Source of the DNA: Candidatus Saccharimonadota bacterium
GTDB lineage: Bacteria > Patescibacteriota > Gracilibacteria > UBA4473
Reading direction: 5' to 3'
NCBI GenBank assembly: GCA_965228485.1
Contig: OZ245819.1
Coordinates: 690,001-722,000 of the forward strand
DNA: 32,000 nt
The notes under the pieces are model-generated. The model did no database searches. It saw nothing but the letters and a program-made list of their open reading frames with translations, and was not told where the DNA came from. The translations under genes were made by a program, and so were the position numbers. Below are positions 17,648 through 25,704 of this stretch, in pieces (within the stretch, counting starts at the first letter, position 1; each line of letters starts with the position of its first letter).

Positions 17648-18162
17648 TGAGAAATTCTATTATCTGGCTATCTTTAATTTCTGTAATTATTTACGGAGCC
17701 TGGACCTTCCCTCAATGGAACGAGTGGCAGGATAAACGTATTGAACTAAATAAACTTGAGAAAACCACAAAAGAAAAAACCGAGTCCATCAAAAAGTTAA
17801 AACAAACTCAGGCAAATTTAGAGTCTACAGAAGAAGATACACTTCTAGATCAAGTACCCTTAACCCTAAAACAAGAGCTCATCATGCTTGATCTACAAAG
17901 AATTGTTCAAGAAAGTGGTTTTATCTTTGATGGTCTAAGTTTTGCCAAAAAACAAAACAGTCAAGTTGAAGCTCCTGAGCTTATTATCACTTTCTCAGCT
18001 CAAGGTAAAAAAACTTCCATCCCAAGCTTTCTAAAACGAATTGAAGAAAACCAGCGCTTCATGGGTTTAAGAGATCTAAAATTTTCAGAAGGAGAACTTA
18101 ATGAAGTCCCTATTGCAACAATTTCAGCGAGTGTTTATAGCTTCGCTCAATCTGACAAATAA
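17647..18162 (+). CDS. PilO-like pilus assembly protein (bitopic, coiled coil)
   Basis: 171 aa. N-terminal TM helix (IIWLSLISVIIYGAW), then coiled coil (RIELNKLEKTTKEKTESIKKLKQTQANLES), then an alpha/beta-like C-terminus. TAATG overlaps occur on both sides. Confidence 0.4.
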   Translation: MRNSIIWLSLISVIIYGAWTFPQWNEWQDKRIELNKLEKTTKEKTESIKKLKQTQANLESTEEDTLLDQVPLTLKQELIMLDLQRIVQESGFIFDGLSFAKKQNSQVEAPELIITFSAQGKKTSIPSFLKRIEENQRFMGLRDLKFSEGELNEVPIATISASVYSFAQSDK

Positions 18163-19364
18163 TGGTTATGAAAAAAGCATCAAAAAATACTCAATCAAAT
18201 AAGAAAACTGCTTGGGAGCAGTTACAAAACCCTAAACTAAGATCTGTAATTTATGGAGTGACTAATAGGGACAATGATCCATGGTACATAAAATTAAATG
18301 ATTTTCTTTTAGATCATCAACCTTTATCACTTAAAGATAAAGCGCGTTTTTTTCACTCTTTAAAACTACTCGTAAATTCTGGAGTTCAATTCATTCGAGC
18401 CATTGAAATGCTCGCAGACCGAGCAAAACATGTAGGCTTTTCAAGAACACTGCATACGGTTGCTTATGACATGGAACACCGCGGACTTTCATTTTCAGAA
18501 AGTATTCAAAAATATCCCAATATATTCGCCCCATCTGAAGTAAAAATGATCTATTCGGGAGAACTTACAGGGAAAATTGATAAAACACTAGATTCGATCG
18601 CCAGCCAGTTACAAAAAAATATTGAGCTTGAAATGCGAATCAAATCAGCTTTGATGTATCCTATAACGGTTGTCATTGCGATCATTTTAGCCGGAATTGC
18701 CGTGATGATTTTTATTGTCCCAAAACTTACAGAACTGTTTTTGGAATTCGATAGCAAACTGCCTATCAGTACCAAAATTTTGATGGCTATATCGAACTTT
18801 ATGGTAAGTTTTTGGTGGCTAGTTTTAACTATCGCTATTGGTGTTTTCTTTTGGTTCAAAACCTGGAAAAGTTCAGAAGAAGGAAAACGAAAATATGATG
18901 AAATCATGCTTGAGCTTCCTGTTATAGGTCCAATGGTAAACCTCATTCAAACCGTAAGAATTAGTAGTAACTTTTCAACACTCATGGAGTCAGGAATTCC
19001 TTTAAATAAAGCATTAAGAGTACTTGGAGAAATTGTTCCAAACCGTATTGTCGGAGAATCAATTTTTGCCGTTGAAATGGAAGTAAGAAAAGGAGAATCG
19101 CTCCACCAATCATTTTTAAAACAAGAACGCCTAGATCCAGTACTTGGAGAAATTTTAGAAGTTGGAGAAAAGACTGGACACATTGCTGAGGTCTTAAAAA
19201 AACTAAGTGATCAGTATGAGTTGGAAGTTGAAGCTCAACTCAAAAATCTCTCAACGATTATTGAACCAATAATTATCCTTATCGTTGGAATAGCGGTTGT
19301 ATTTATGATGTTTGCCGTTCTTACTCCAATCTTCCAGATTCAAGAATTATTTGCTAACGCCTAA
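18162..19364 (+). CDS. pilC: Type IV pilus platform protein PilC (GspF family)
   Basis: 400 aa. Two GspF-type repeats and three hydrophobic segments (MYPITVVIAIILAGIAVMIFIVP; FWWLVLTIAIGVFFWF; IIEPIIILIVGIAVVFMMFAVLTPIF). Typical SG.pL..al and G...G.l...l motifs are present. Confidence 0.85.
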   Translation: MVMKKASKNTQSNKKTAWEQLQNPKLRSVIYGVTNRDNDPWYIKLNDFLLDHQPLSLKDKARFFHSLKLLVNSGVQFIRAIEMLADRAKHVGFSRTLHTVAYDMEHRGLSFSESIQKYPNIFAPSEVKMIYSGELTGKIDKTLDSIASQLQKNIELEMRIKSALMYPITVVIAIILAGIAVMIFIVPKLTELFLEFDSKLPISTKILMAISNFMVSFWWLVLTIAIGVFFWFKTWKSSEEGKRKYDEIMLELPVIGPMVNLIQTVRISSNFSTLMESGIPLNKALRVLGEIVPNRIVGESIFAVEMEVRKGESLHQSFLKQERLDPVLGEILEVGEKTGHIAEVLKKLSDQYELEVEAQLKNLSTIIEPIIILIVGIAVVFMMFAVLTPIFQIQELFANA

Positions 19365-19862
19365 ATGATATCGTTGAACCACCACAGTAAAAAACACAAA
19401 CTAGGCTTCACCCTAGTTGAGATTTTAGTTGTGGTAACCATTATTGGAATTATCGCTGCAATATTGGTACCAAACTATCTGGAGTTTTATAAAAAAAGTA
19501 ATCTTGAAAGCACCATAAAACTAACTCAGGCTACTCTCTCTGAAGGTTTCTCATATGCTCGTTCAAGATCAAATCATTTCCTCGTGGTTGGAACACAAGG
19601 ACAAACTTTTATAGAAGTTCAGTCTTGTGATGATCTTGCTTGTAGTAGTACAACAACACAGGAGAAGTTTGATTTTCTAGGGTCCAATAAACTTAAAAGT
19701 AACGACTTAAAAATTAAGTTTCTTGCCCCTCACGGAGATTTAGAATTCCCAGATGAAGCGTCTTCTGTTGAAGAAATTATTATAAAAATTGGCGATGATA
19801 CCCTCGAAAGAAGTATAAAAATTTATAAAAAATCAGGCCTTATAGAAACTGATCCTCAATAA
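19365..19862 (+). CDS. Minor pilin, GspH/FimU-like, with class III (prepilin) signal
   Basis: The leader MISLNHHSKKHKLG is followed by FTLVEILVVVTIIGIIAAILVPNY (G/F cleavage site, Glu5). FSYARSRSNHFLVVG and the terminal RSIKIYKKSGLIE resemble the GspH/FimT pattern (recalled). Confidence 0.65.
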   Translation: MISLNHHSKKHKLGFTLVEILVVVTIIGIIAAILVPNYLEFYKKSNLESTIKLTQATLSEGFSYARSRSNHFLVVGTQGQTFIEVQSCDDLACSSTTTQEKFDFLGSNKLKSNDLKIKFLAPHGDLEFPDEASSVEEIIIKIGDDTLERSIKIYKKSGLIETDPQ

Positions 19863-19864
19863 AA

Positions 19865-20407
19865 ATGATCATGAAGACAAAAGGATTCACATTAATCGAA
19901 GCCATTGCTACAATGGTAATCCTTGCGTTTGCAATGTCTGGTGCTTTATACCTTTTAAGTAGTATTATTTTTGCTACCGAAAAAAATGAGAAACGACTTA
20001 TGGGAACTTATCTCGCACAAGAATGTACTGAACTTGTAAGAAACGCTCGAGATACAGCCTGGAAAAAAAGACTTCCATGGGACAAGGCTTTCGAATCACC
20101 GACTCCGTTATCTGCAAAATTCATTATTGAGGCGGACCACAATAATATGGCACCACCAATCTCTGGCGAGTCCTTTGGATTACTAATTAAAGAAATTAGT
20201 AGCGATAGTGAAGCAAAACTATATCTTGATGGAAGCGCTTACACACATACTCCTTCTACCACTCCTACTGAGTATAGCCGGTTTTTTACGATAAAAAGTA
20301 AGGGCGCTAACGCTATTGCAATAGAGTGTGCTGTGGAGTGGAAATATCGAGGACAGGACGAAAAAGTCGCCATCAGTACAATCCTTACTAACTGGTACAA
20401 AAACTAG
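19865..20407 (+). CDS. Minor pilin, PilV/GspI-like, with prepilin signal
   Basis: MIMKTKG/FTLIEAIATMVILAFAMSGALYLL: G/F cleavage site, Glu5 and a hydrophobic helix. 180 aa. Confidence 0.65.
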   Translation: MIMKTKGFTLIEAIATMVILAFAMSGALYLLSSIIFATEKNEKRLMGTYLAQECTELVRNARDTAWKKRLPWDKAFESPTPLSAKFIIEADHNNMAPPISGESFGLLIKEISSDSEAKLYLDGSAYTHTPSTTPTEYSRFFTIKSKGANAIAIECAVEWKYRGQDEKVAISTILTNWYKN

Positions 20408-20408
20408 A

Positions 20409-20951
20409 ATGCCAATAAAGAAATTACCAAAGACTCAATACCAAAGATCAGGATTCACCCTGATAGAACTTTTGGTAGCGGTTGTTATCTCTGGAATAGT
20501 ACTGGTAAGTGTTATGAGCAGTTTTTGGCTTTTTATTCAGACGCATCAAAAAGCTGAAGCCAATCGAGAACTTCAAAGGGAAGTTCGTTTTGCTATGACG
20601 AGAATCGCCGATAAAACTCGAAACTATTCTATTAAGTACAGCGAATATCAGTCAGGAGGTAATTGTCCGCCTTCTATTAATCAAAATCATAAACTCTGCT
20701 TAGAGGATCACTCTTTTGAATTTAGGGACGGAAATCTTTGGCTTGAAGATCAACCAATATTTTCCGAAAATAAATTTAAAGTAAACGATGCTTTTTTTGG
20801 TTTTTCTCCGGACGAAGATCCTAAGATAAATCTTGGAGAACTAGACTTACAAATTCAGCCAAAAGTAACGGTCTACTTAGAAGTAGAATCAAAAAGAGAT
20901 AGTAATATTAATTTCGAAGTACAAACGAGTCTTTCATCCCGAAAATACTAA
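20409..20951 (+). CDS. Minor pilin, PilW/GspJ-like, with prepilin signal
   Basis: The track ORF begins at 20328 inside the previous gene. The ATG at 20409, 1 nt after the previous stop, gives MPIKKLPKTQYQRSG/FTLIELLVAVVISGIVLVSV with a canonical prepilin site. Confidence 0.65.
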   Translation: MPIKKLPKTQYQRSGFTLIELLVAVVISGIVLVSVMSSFWLFIQTHQKAEANRELQREVRFAMTRIADKTRNYSIKYSEYQSGGNCPPSINQNHKLCLEDHSFEFRDGNLWLEDQPIFSENKFKVNDAFFGFSPDEDPKINLGELDLQIQPKVTVYLEVESKRDSNINFEVQTSLSSRKY

Positions 20952-21824
20952 ATGAAATTTATATCAATATACCAATCAGTTAATAAAAAAAAGCGAGGTT
21001 CATCGCTTCTTATTGCTATATTTCTGTCTGGACTAATTTTAACCATTGGAATTACAGCCAGTCGGCTACTACTCAAGGATGTCAGTTTTGCCGCTGATTC
21101 TATTATGTCAGAAAAAGCTTACTATAGTGCTGAATCGGGTGTTGAATCTGCGCTTTGGGAACTGAGAAATGAGCCGGTTCAACATATGATGAACATTAAT
21201 GCTCCTGCGAGTATAAATGTTGAATATGATCTGAGTATTGTTAATAAAATTGAACCGAGTGCTGTTGCACCACTTAAAAATAAATTTTATTTCACACTTA
21301 ATAAACTAGCCAATCAACAATTTCGACTTCGCTATGATGCTAATAACAGTACTTCAACCAGTCTCCAAAGCCCAAGCAATTTTAGATTAAAGGCCACGCC
21401 TCAGGGAGTAGGAACGGTTGAGTACCAATGGAAATTTACCTGCCAAGATAATACCGCCACAAAAAATACCTTTGCGCTGGAAAAAAATCCGAGCCACTCA
21501 AGTCCGAGTAATGTAAACGATTTTCTAACCTCCCAAACAGGTTGTCATTCTGAAATTTTTTCTAGCTGCTCCAACGAAACCTTTAATACCTGGGCGGCAA
21601 CAAGAAATATTGATAAATCATCCTGTTTCTTAATGATTCAAAACTTAAGTGACACTCCAACAAAATTCACTTTCTCAAATACCACTATGGCCCCTCATCA
21701 AGCTAAAATTATCGCCATAGGAAAAAGTGCCGATCGAGAAAAACACATCGTTTTTGATTACGCTCAAAAAAACATTGGATCACTCTTTAACTTCACCTTC
21801 TTTCATACAGAAATTGGCCTCTAA
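20952..21824 (+). CDS. PilX/GspK-like minor pilin (non-canonical prepilin N-terminus without Glu5)
   Basis: 290 aa. MKFISIYQSVNKKKRGSSLLIAIFLSGLILTIGITASRLL fits the PilX_N pattern (RG-S-x-L-hydrophobic helix, no Phe1/Glu5). It starts immediately after the previous stop and is the last gene of the operon. Confidence 0.55.
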   Translation: MKFISIYQSVNKKKRGSSLLIAIFLSGLILTIGITASRLLLKDVSFAADSIMSEKAYYSAESGVESALWELRNEPVQHMMNINAPASINVEYDLSIVNKIEPSAVAPLKNKFYFTLNKLANQQFRLRYDANNSTSTSLQSPSNFRLKATPQGVGTVEYQWKFTCQDNTATKNTFALEKNPSHSSPSNVNDFLTSQTGCHSEIFSSCSNETFNTWAATRNIDKSSCFLMIQNLSDTPTKFTFSNTTMAPHQAKIIAIGKSADREKHIVFDYAQKNIGSLFNFTFFHTEIGL

Positions 21825-23122
21825 GCCACGCAAATATTTTTACCGTCAAAAGACACCTTCACCGTTGACTGCTTGGCTGATTTAGCTTTATATGGTCGAT
21901 CATAAATAATTCCTTCCGTTACGACTTTTGCAGGTGCATCTAGAAGTATTTCATCTTTAAATTTAACGACATACTGACCATCTCCACGAACTTTACCGAC
22001 TACGCTAGCCCCAGCATTTTTAGCTACTTTTCCAAGCTCCCAGACATTTTTAAAGTGATCAACAATTCGATTAGTTAAACTAGGGTGGCATGCAAAACAG
22101 AAACGTTCTTGAGTTTCTGAACACGCAATGACATGAGGAAGAAATCCATCTTTCGCAACATGAAGTTCCGAAAGATCTACCTCGGCTCCAAAACCACCAC
22201 CTTCGGCTAATTCGACCGTTGCACAAACTACTCCTCCCGCTCCAAGATCTTTAAAAGCAATTTTATCATACAAGTTATCCGCTTTTAATTTTTTTAATAA
22301 GTCTTGAATTGAAGCCAACAAATGTCGTTCTAAAAACGGATTTGGTTCTTGTACTGCGGCTTTTTTAGACTCTAAATCATCAGATTCCTCAAAACTATCT
22401 GAGGCAAAGCTCGCTCCTCCAAATCCAGAGTTATCTGTTGGTTTCCCAATAATAATAAACTCCCATTCTTCTTCAGCGGCTTGTTCTGGCACGTAAGAAT
22501 GAATTAAATCCGAAGCTCTCAGTGCTCCAATGGCCGTTACATTTACTAAGCAGTTATCATTAAACCCGTTATCAAAATATACATCTCCTCCGATATTTGG
22601 TACTCCTAGAGGATTACTATATCCAGCGATTCCATCAACCACTCCTGTGGCGATATTTTTTTGTAAAAGTTTCGTTGGATTTCCCAGACGAAGGTGATCA
22701 AGTGTTCCTACTGGTCGCGCTCCCATACACATAATATCACGAACAATTCCTCCAATTCCTGTTGCGGCTCCTTCGTAAGGCACGATTTGAGAGGGATGAT
22801 TGTGCGATTCATGTCCAACAGCGATACAATAAGTTTCACCGTTATTTTCAAAGACTTTCAATACCCCAGCATCCTCTGATGGACCAAGTAATACCGTTGG
22901 TCCAGAAGTAGGGAATCCACTTAAAAATGGTCGAGAACTTTTATAACTACAGTGCTCAGAAAGTTGAATTCCAAAAACCACAGCTTCACACAACGTCATT
23001 GGTCGTCCAATCTGTTCTTGTAGATTTTGTGCCTCTGAAAGTTTCAGAGCAATATTATGAGTTTTTAGTAACTCTTCGGCATTATCGGCAAAGAAATCGA
23101 GCTTAATAGTACTTTCTGACAT
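21821..23122 (-). CDS. purL: Phosphoribosylformylglycinamidine synthase II (PurL), N-terminal half only (first PurM-like repeat)
   Basis: 433 aa. SEHCSYKSSRPFLSGFPT, GPSEDAGVLKV, HESHNHPSQIVPYEGAATGIGGIVRDIMCMGARPVG and GKPTDNSGFGGASFAS are hallmark PurL N-half motifs. The ORF ends ...IIYDRPYKAKSAKQSTVKVSFDGKNICVA*, in the linker that precedes the second repeat. Its stop overlaps the convergent pilX-like gene by 4 nt. Confidence 0.8.
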   Translation of the reverse strand: MSESTIKLDFFADNAEELLKTHNIALKLSEAQNLQEQIGRPMTLCEAVVFGIQLSEHCSYKSSRPFLSGFPTSGPTVLLGPSEDAGVLKVFENNGETYCIAVGHESHNHPSQIVPYEGAATGIGGIVRDIMCMGARPVGTLDHLRLGNPTKLLQKNIATGVVDGIAGYSNPLGVPNIGGDVYFDNGFNDNCLVNVTAIGALRASDLIHSYVPEQAAEEEWEFIIIGKPTDNSGFGGASFASDSFEESDDLESKKAAVQEPNPFLERHLLASIQDLLKKLKADNLYDKIAFKDLGAGGVVCATVELAEGGGFGAEVDLSELHVAKDGFLPHVIACSETQERFCFACHPSLTNRIVDHFKNVWELGKVAKNAGASVVGKVRGDGQYVVKFKDEILLDAPAKVVTEGIIYDRPYKAKSAKQSTVKVSFDGKNICVA

Positions 23123-23145
23123 ATAAATAAGTGAGTTTCACCGCT

Positions 23146-23173
23146 AGTATATTTTTTGCTGCAACATTATCAA
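23146..23173 (-). promoter_or_regulatory. Sigma70-type promoter for the purL N-half (TTGATA - 16 nt - TATACT)
   Basis: The minus strand reads TTGATAATGTTGCAGCAAAAAATATACT. The -10 element (23146-23151) ends 23 nt upstream of the ATG at 23122. Confidence 0.5.
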
Positions 23174-23175
23174 AA

Positions 23176-24405
23176 CTACAGTAAAGAATTTTGAGCGCTT
23201 TTAATAGAGTCACTATTTATTAAAGGGTCTGTACTATTAACCATTTTTTTAACTTCTTCTATTTGTCCTTCTGGATTATTAACAAGTTTTTTTAAATCAG
23301 TTGTTTTGACTCCTTCTAAACGTCTTTTTTCTTTACCTTCATTAATACTATCTATCATCTCTTGATCCAATACTTGTTTAGCTTCTCCAGCCTTTACTCC
23401 CCTGGCCATCAGCAATACATTAACTGCATTTTGATAAGACAGCTCATAATCTAAATTAGCAATAACATTAATAATGTTCTCTCTTTCTCTTGGATCTATG
23501 CTCTCTATATTTTCGTAATAGGTTATTTTTTTAAAACAAGACAACAATGGTTCTAAGCTTTCTTCTGCTACTACATAAAAATGAATTCCTTGTTCTAAAA
23601 AATAAAACTGATTTAAATCTTTTAATGTCACCGAAGGGACGACTAGGTAAACGGTATTATAAATCTCTTCAAAGTTAGAACTCTTCTTAATTTTTTCAGC
23701 AGTACTCTTAGACTGTTCTTTAAGATATTTTTGCAAAGGATTTTTACTATCTGGATCATTAACTTTAGCGTCAAACACAATATATTGTCCTAAAAATTCT
23801 ACTAGAAAATCTGGTTTAAACTTACCGTCAAAGCTTTGTGGTAAATCATTATTATCGTAAGACGGAAAATCTATTCCTGGTTTTCGACATATTTCACGCA
23901 AAGAAGCTATAGTGTTTGTCTCATGATCATTCCAAATACGATTTCTTTCTTCTTTTTCTTTTTCTTTCTTTTCTTCCTCTTTTTCTATAATTCGATCTTT
24001 CTGCTCTTCAAAAACATCTTTCATCTTACTGGCCTCTTGAACAGCTCTTGTTTTTTCTGTCTCTCTCTGTTCTTCTCGCGCCTCTAGGTCTGACAGTTTT
24101 TTTCCAGCTCCTTTCAATCTTTCCAGATATTGATCATTTTCTGTTTTTAGTGAGACTATTTGCTTTTCTAAAGCAGATACTATTCCAGATTGCTTATCGT
24201 GTTGTTCTTTTATTCTTTCTAATTCCCCAATTTGACGGTTTTGCTGATCGATTTTTGCTTCTAATGAAGCATGATCCTCTAGCAATTTTAAACGAGAAGA
24301 ATCATCGCCTCCGCTCTTTTTTAATGAAAGAAAAATGTTAATACCAACAAGTCCAATTAACAATAAAAGCCCTCCTCCTAGTAACAATAACGTATTTAAA
24401 TCCAT
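23176..24405 (-). CDS. rmuC: RmuC-like DNA recombination/nuclease protein (N-terminal TM anchor, coiled coil, PD-(D/E)xK-like core)
   Basis: 409 aa. TM helix LLLLGGGLLLLIGLVGINIFL, followed by ~140 aa of coiled coil. KPDFLVEFLGQYIVFDAKV and VYLVVPSV parallel the remembered RmuC motifs RPDvvv.LP....vIDSKvsl and yVlmFiP.e. Confidence 0.5.
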   Translation of the reverse strand: MDLNTLLLLGGGLLLLIGLVGINIFLSLKKSGGDDSSRLKLLEDHASLEAKIDQQNRQIGELERIKEQHDKQSGIVSALEKQIVSLKTENDQYLERLKGAGKKLSDLEAREEQRETEKTRAVQEASKMKDVFEEQKDRIIEKEEEKKEKEKEERNRIWNDHETNTIASLREICRKPGIDFPSYDNNDLPQSFDGKFKPDFLVEFLGQYIVFDAKVNDPDSKNPLQKYLKEQSKSTAEKIKKSSNFEEIYNTVYLVVPSVTLKDLNQFYFLEQGIHFYVVAEESLEPLLSCFKKITYYENIESIDPRERENIINVIANLDYELSYQNAVNVLLMARGVKAGEAKQVLDQEMIDSINEGKEKRRLEGVKTTDLKKLVNNPEGQIEEVKKMVNSTDPLINSDSIKSAQNSLL

Positions 24406-24449
24406 GGTAGGGACATTCTAGTAAAATTATTCAAATCCCGAAAATAAAA

Positions 24450-24470
24450 AACCAGAGCAATGCTCTGGTT
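24450..24470 (-). terminator. Intrinsic terminator ending the ribosomal-protein/rpoA operon
   Basis: Stem AACCAGAGC (24450-24458) pairs with GCTCTGGTT (24462-24470) around a 3-nt loop. On the minus-strand transcript the hairpin is followed by UUUUUUAUUUU. It lies 27 nt downstream of the rpsI stop. Confidence 0.7.
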
Positions 24471-24496
24471 CTTTTTGTAATTCGTGTGTAAATTTC

Positions 24497-24898
24497 TTAA
24501 CGTTTTGACCATTGAGGTGAACGTCGCGCTCCTCGTAGACCTGGTTTCTTTCTCTCTTTTACTCTCGCATCCCGAGTTAGAAGACCATCTTGTTTCATTT
24601 GAGATCGAAGACTTGAATCTTTCTTCTCGAAGGCTCGAGCAATTCCAAGTCGAACTGCTTCAGCTTGAGCTTTTTTCCCTCCACCTCGAGTAATAATATC
24701 AAGATCAACTTCTTTCTTCTGTCCCAATAGGTCTAGTGGTTGTAGAACTGTGTGAACCATGTTTTCATCATCACACCACTCTCGTAGCTGCTGACCATTG
24801 ATGGTTAGATCACCATTCCCTTCTGGGTAAAGACGTACAGTTGCTACCGCTGTCTTTCGTTTTCCGTTTGCGTAAAAATATGCTCCTTTCTTTGCCAT
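24497..24898 (-). CDS. rpsI: 30S ribosomal protein S9
   Basis: 133 aa. GGGKKAQAEAVRLGIARAF and the C-terminal RDARVKERKKPGLRGARRSPQWSKR are canonical S9 sequences. Confidence 0.95.
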   Translation of the reverse strand: MAKKGAYFYANGKRKTAVATVRLYPEGNGDLTINGQQLREWCDDENMVHTVLQPLDLLGQKKEVDLDIITRGGGKKAQAEAVRLGIARAFEKKDSSLRSQMKQDGLLTRDARVKERKKPGLRGARRSPQWSKR

Positions 24899-24903
24899 TT
24901 TAA

Positions 24904-25341
24904 TTAATTTTGAGGAAGTGGTTGTGGTTGCTGAGCTGCATGAGGGTTTTCATCTCCAACAACTAAGTGCAATCTTCTCAGTTGAGGTTTTCTTAGTTTG
25001 TTTTTTGGTAACATCCCTCCAACAGCTTCTTCTAGAATCCGTTTTGGAGTTTTTTCTCGAACATCTTTCAGTGCTGTCACTTTTAGGTGCCCAAGGTATC
25101 CAGAATGACTGTAGTAAGCTTTGAAATCTTCTTTGCTACCCGTTACTGCTACTTTATCAGCATTCAATACAATAACATGATCTCCACCATCCACGTGAGG
25201 TGTATAATCTACTCGGTGTTTTCCTCGGAGAACATTAGCAATATCTACGGCTAGTTTACCCAGGATTTGACCTTCTGCATCGATGACAAACCATTGTCGA
25301 TCTTCTGCTATTACGTTCTGTCTAATAGTCGTTTTTTTCAT
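24904..25341 (-). CDS. rplM: 50S ribosomal protein L13
   Basis: 145 aa. RQWFVIDAEGQILGKLAVDIANVLRGKHRVDYTPHVDGGDHVIVLNADK is the canonical L13 N-terminus. Confidence 0.95.
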   Translation of the reverse strand: MKKTTIRQNVIAEDRQWFVIDAEGQILGKLAVDIANVLRGKHRVDYTPHVDGGDHVIVLNADKVAVTGSKEDFKAYYSHSGYLGHLKVTALKDVREKTPKRILEEAVGGMLPKNKLRKPQLRRLHLVVGDENPHAAQQPQPLPQN

Positions 25342-25343
25342 GA

Positions 25344-25697
25344 TTATTCTTGAATCAATTCTACTTGTGCCATAGTAGCGGCATCTCCAGCTCGTACTCC
25401 TACTTTATTTACTCTGGTAAAACCTGAAGTTTTAGAAGTTTTTCGAGCATATTCTAGTGCTTTTACTGAAGCTTCTTTTGTAAAGATAACTTGCTTAAGC
25501 GCTCGGATCGCAGACATATCGTCTTTTCCTTTAACTTTTGTAATAAGTTTTTCAGCTTCGCTAGAAACCGCTTTTGCTTTGGCTTCTGTTGTTTTAATTT
25601 TCCCATTGAGGAAAAGAGAAGTTAGCAGGTTTCGTACCAAAGCTTTTCTTTGGTCAGCTGGTCGGTTCAAAATCGCTTTCGTATTTCGATGTCTCAT
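25344..25697 (-). CDS. rplQ: 50S ribosomal protein L17
   Basis: 117 aa. MRHRNTKAILNRPADQRKALVRNLLTSLFLNGKIKTTEAKAK matches the L17 signature. Confidence 0.95.
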   Translation of the reverse strand: MRHRNTKAILNRPADQRKALVRNLLTSLFLNGKIKTTEAKAKAVSSEAEKLITKVKGKDDMSAIRALKQVIFTKEASVKALEYARKTSKTSGFTRVNKVGVRAGDAATMAQVELIQE

Positions 25698-25704
25698 GTT
25701 GTAA

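Noticed and set aside
9767-21820. Mobile genomic island or prophage inserted in purL
   Set aside because: No integrase, transposase, tRNA attachment site or phage structural module is present. By eye I found no direct repeats at the two junctions (9767-9816 versus 21800-21830). Mobility cannot be supported from this window alone; a computed repeat search would be needed.
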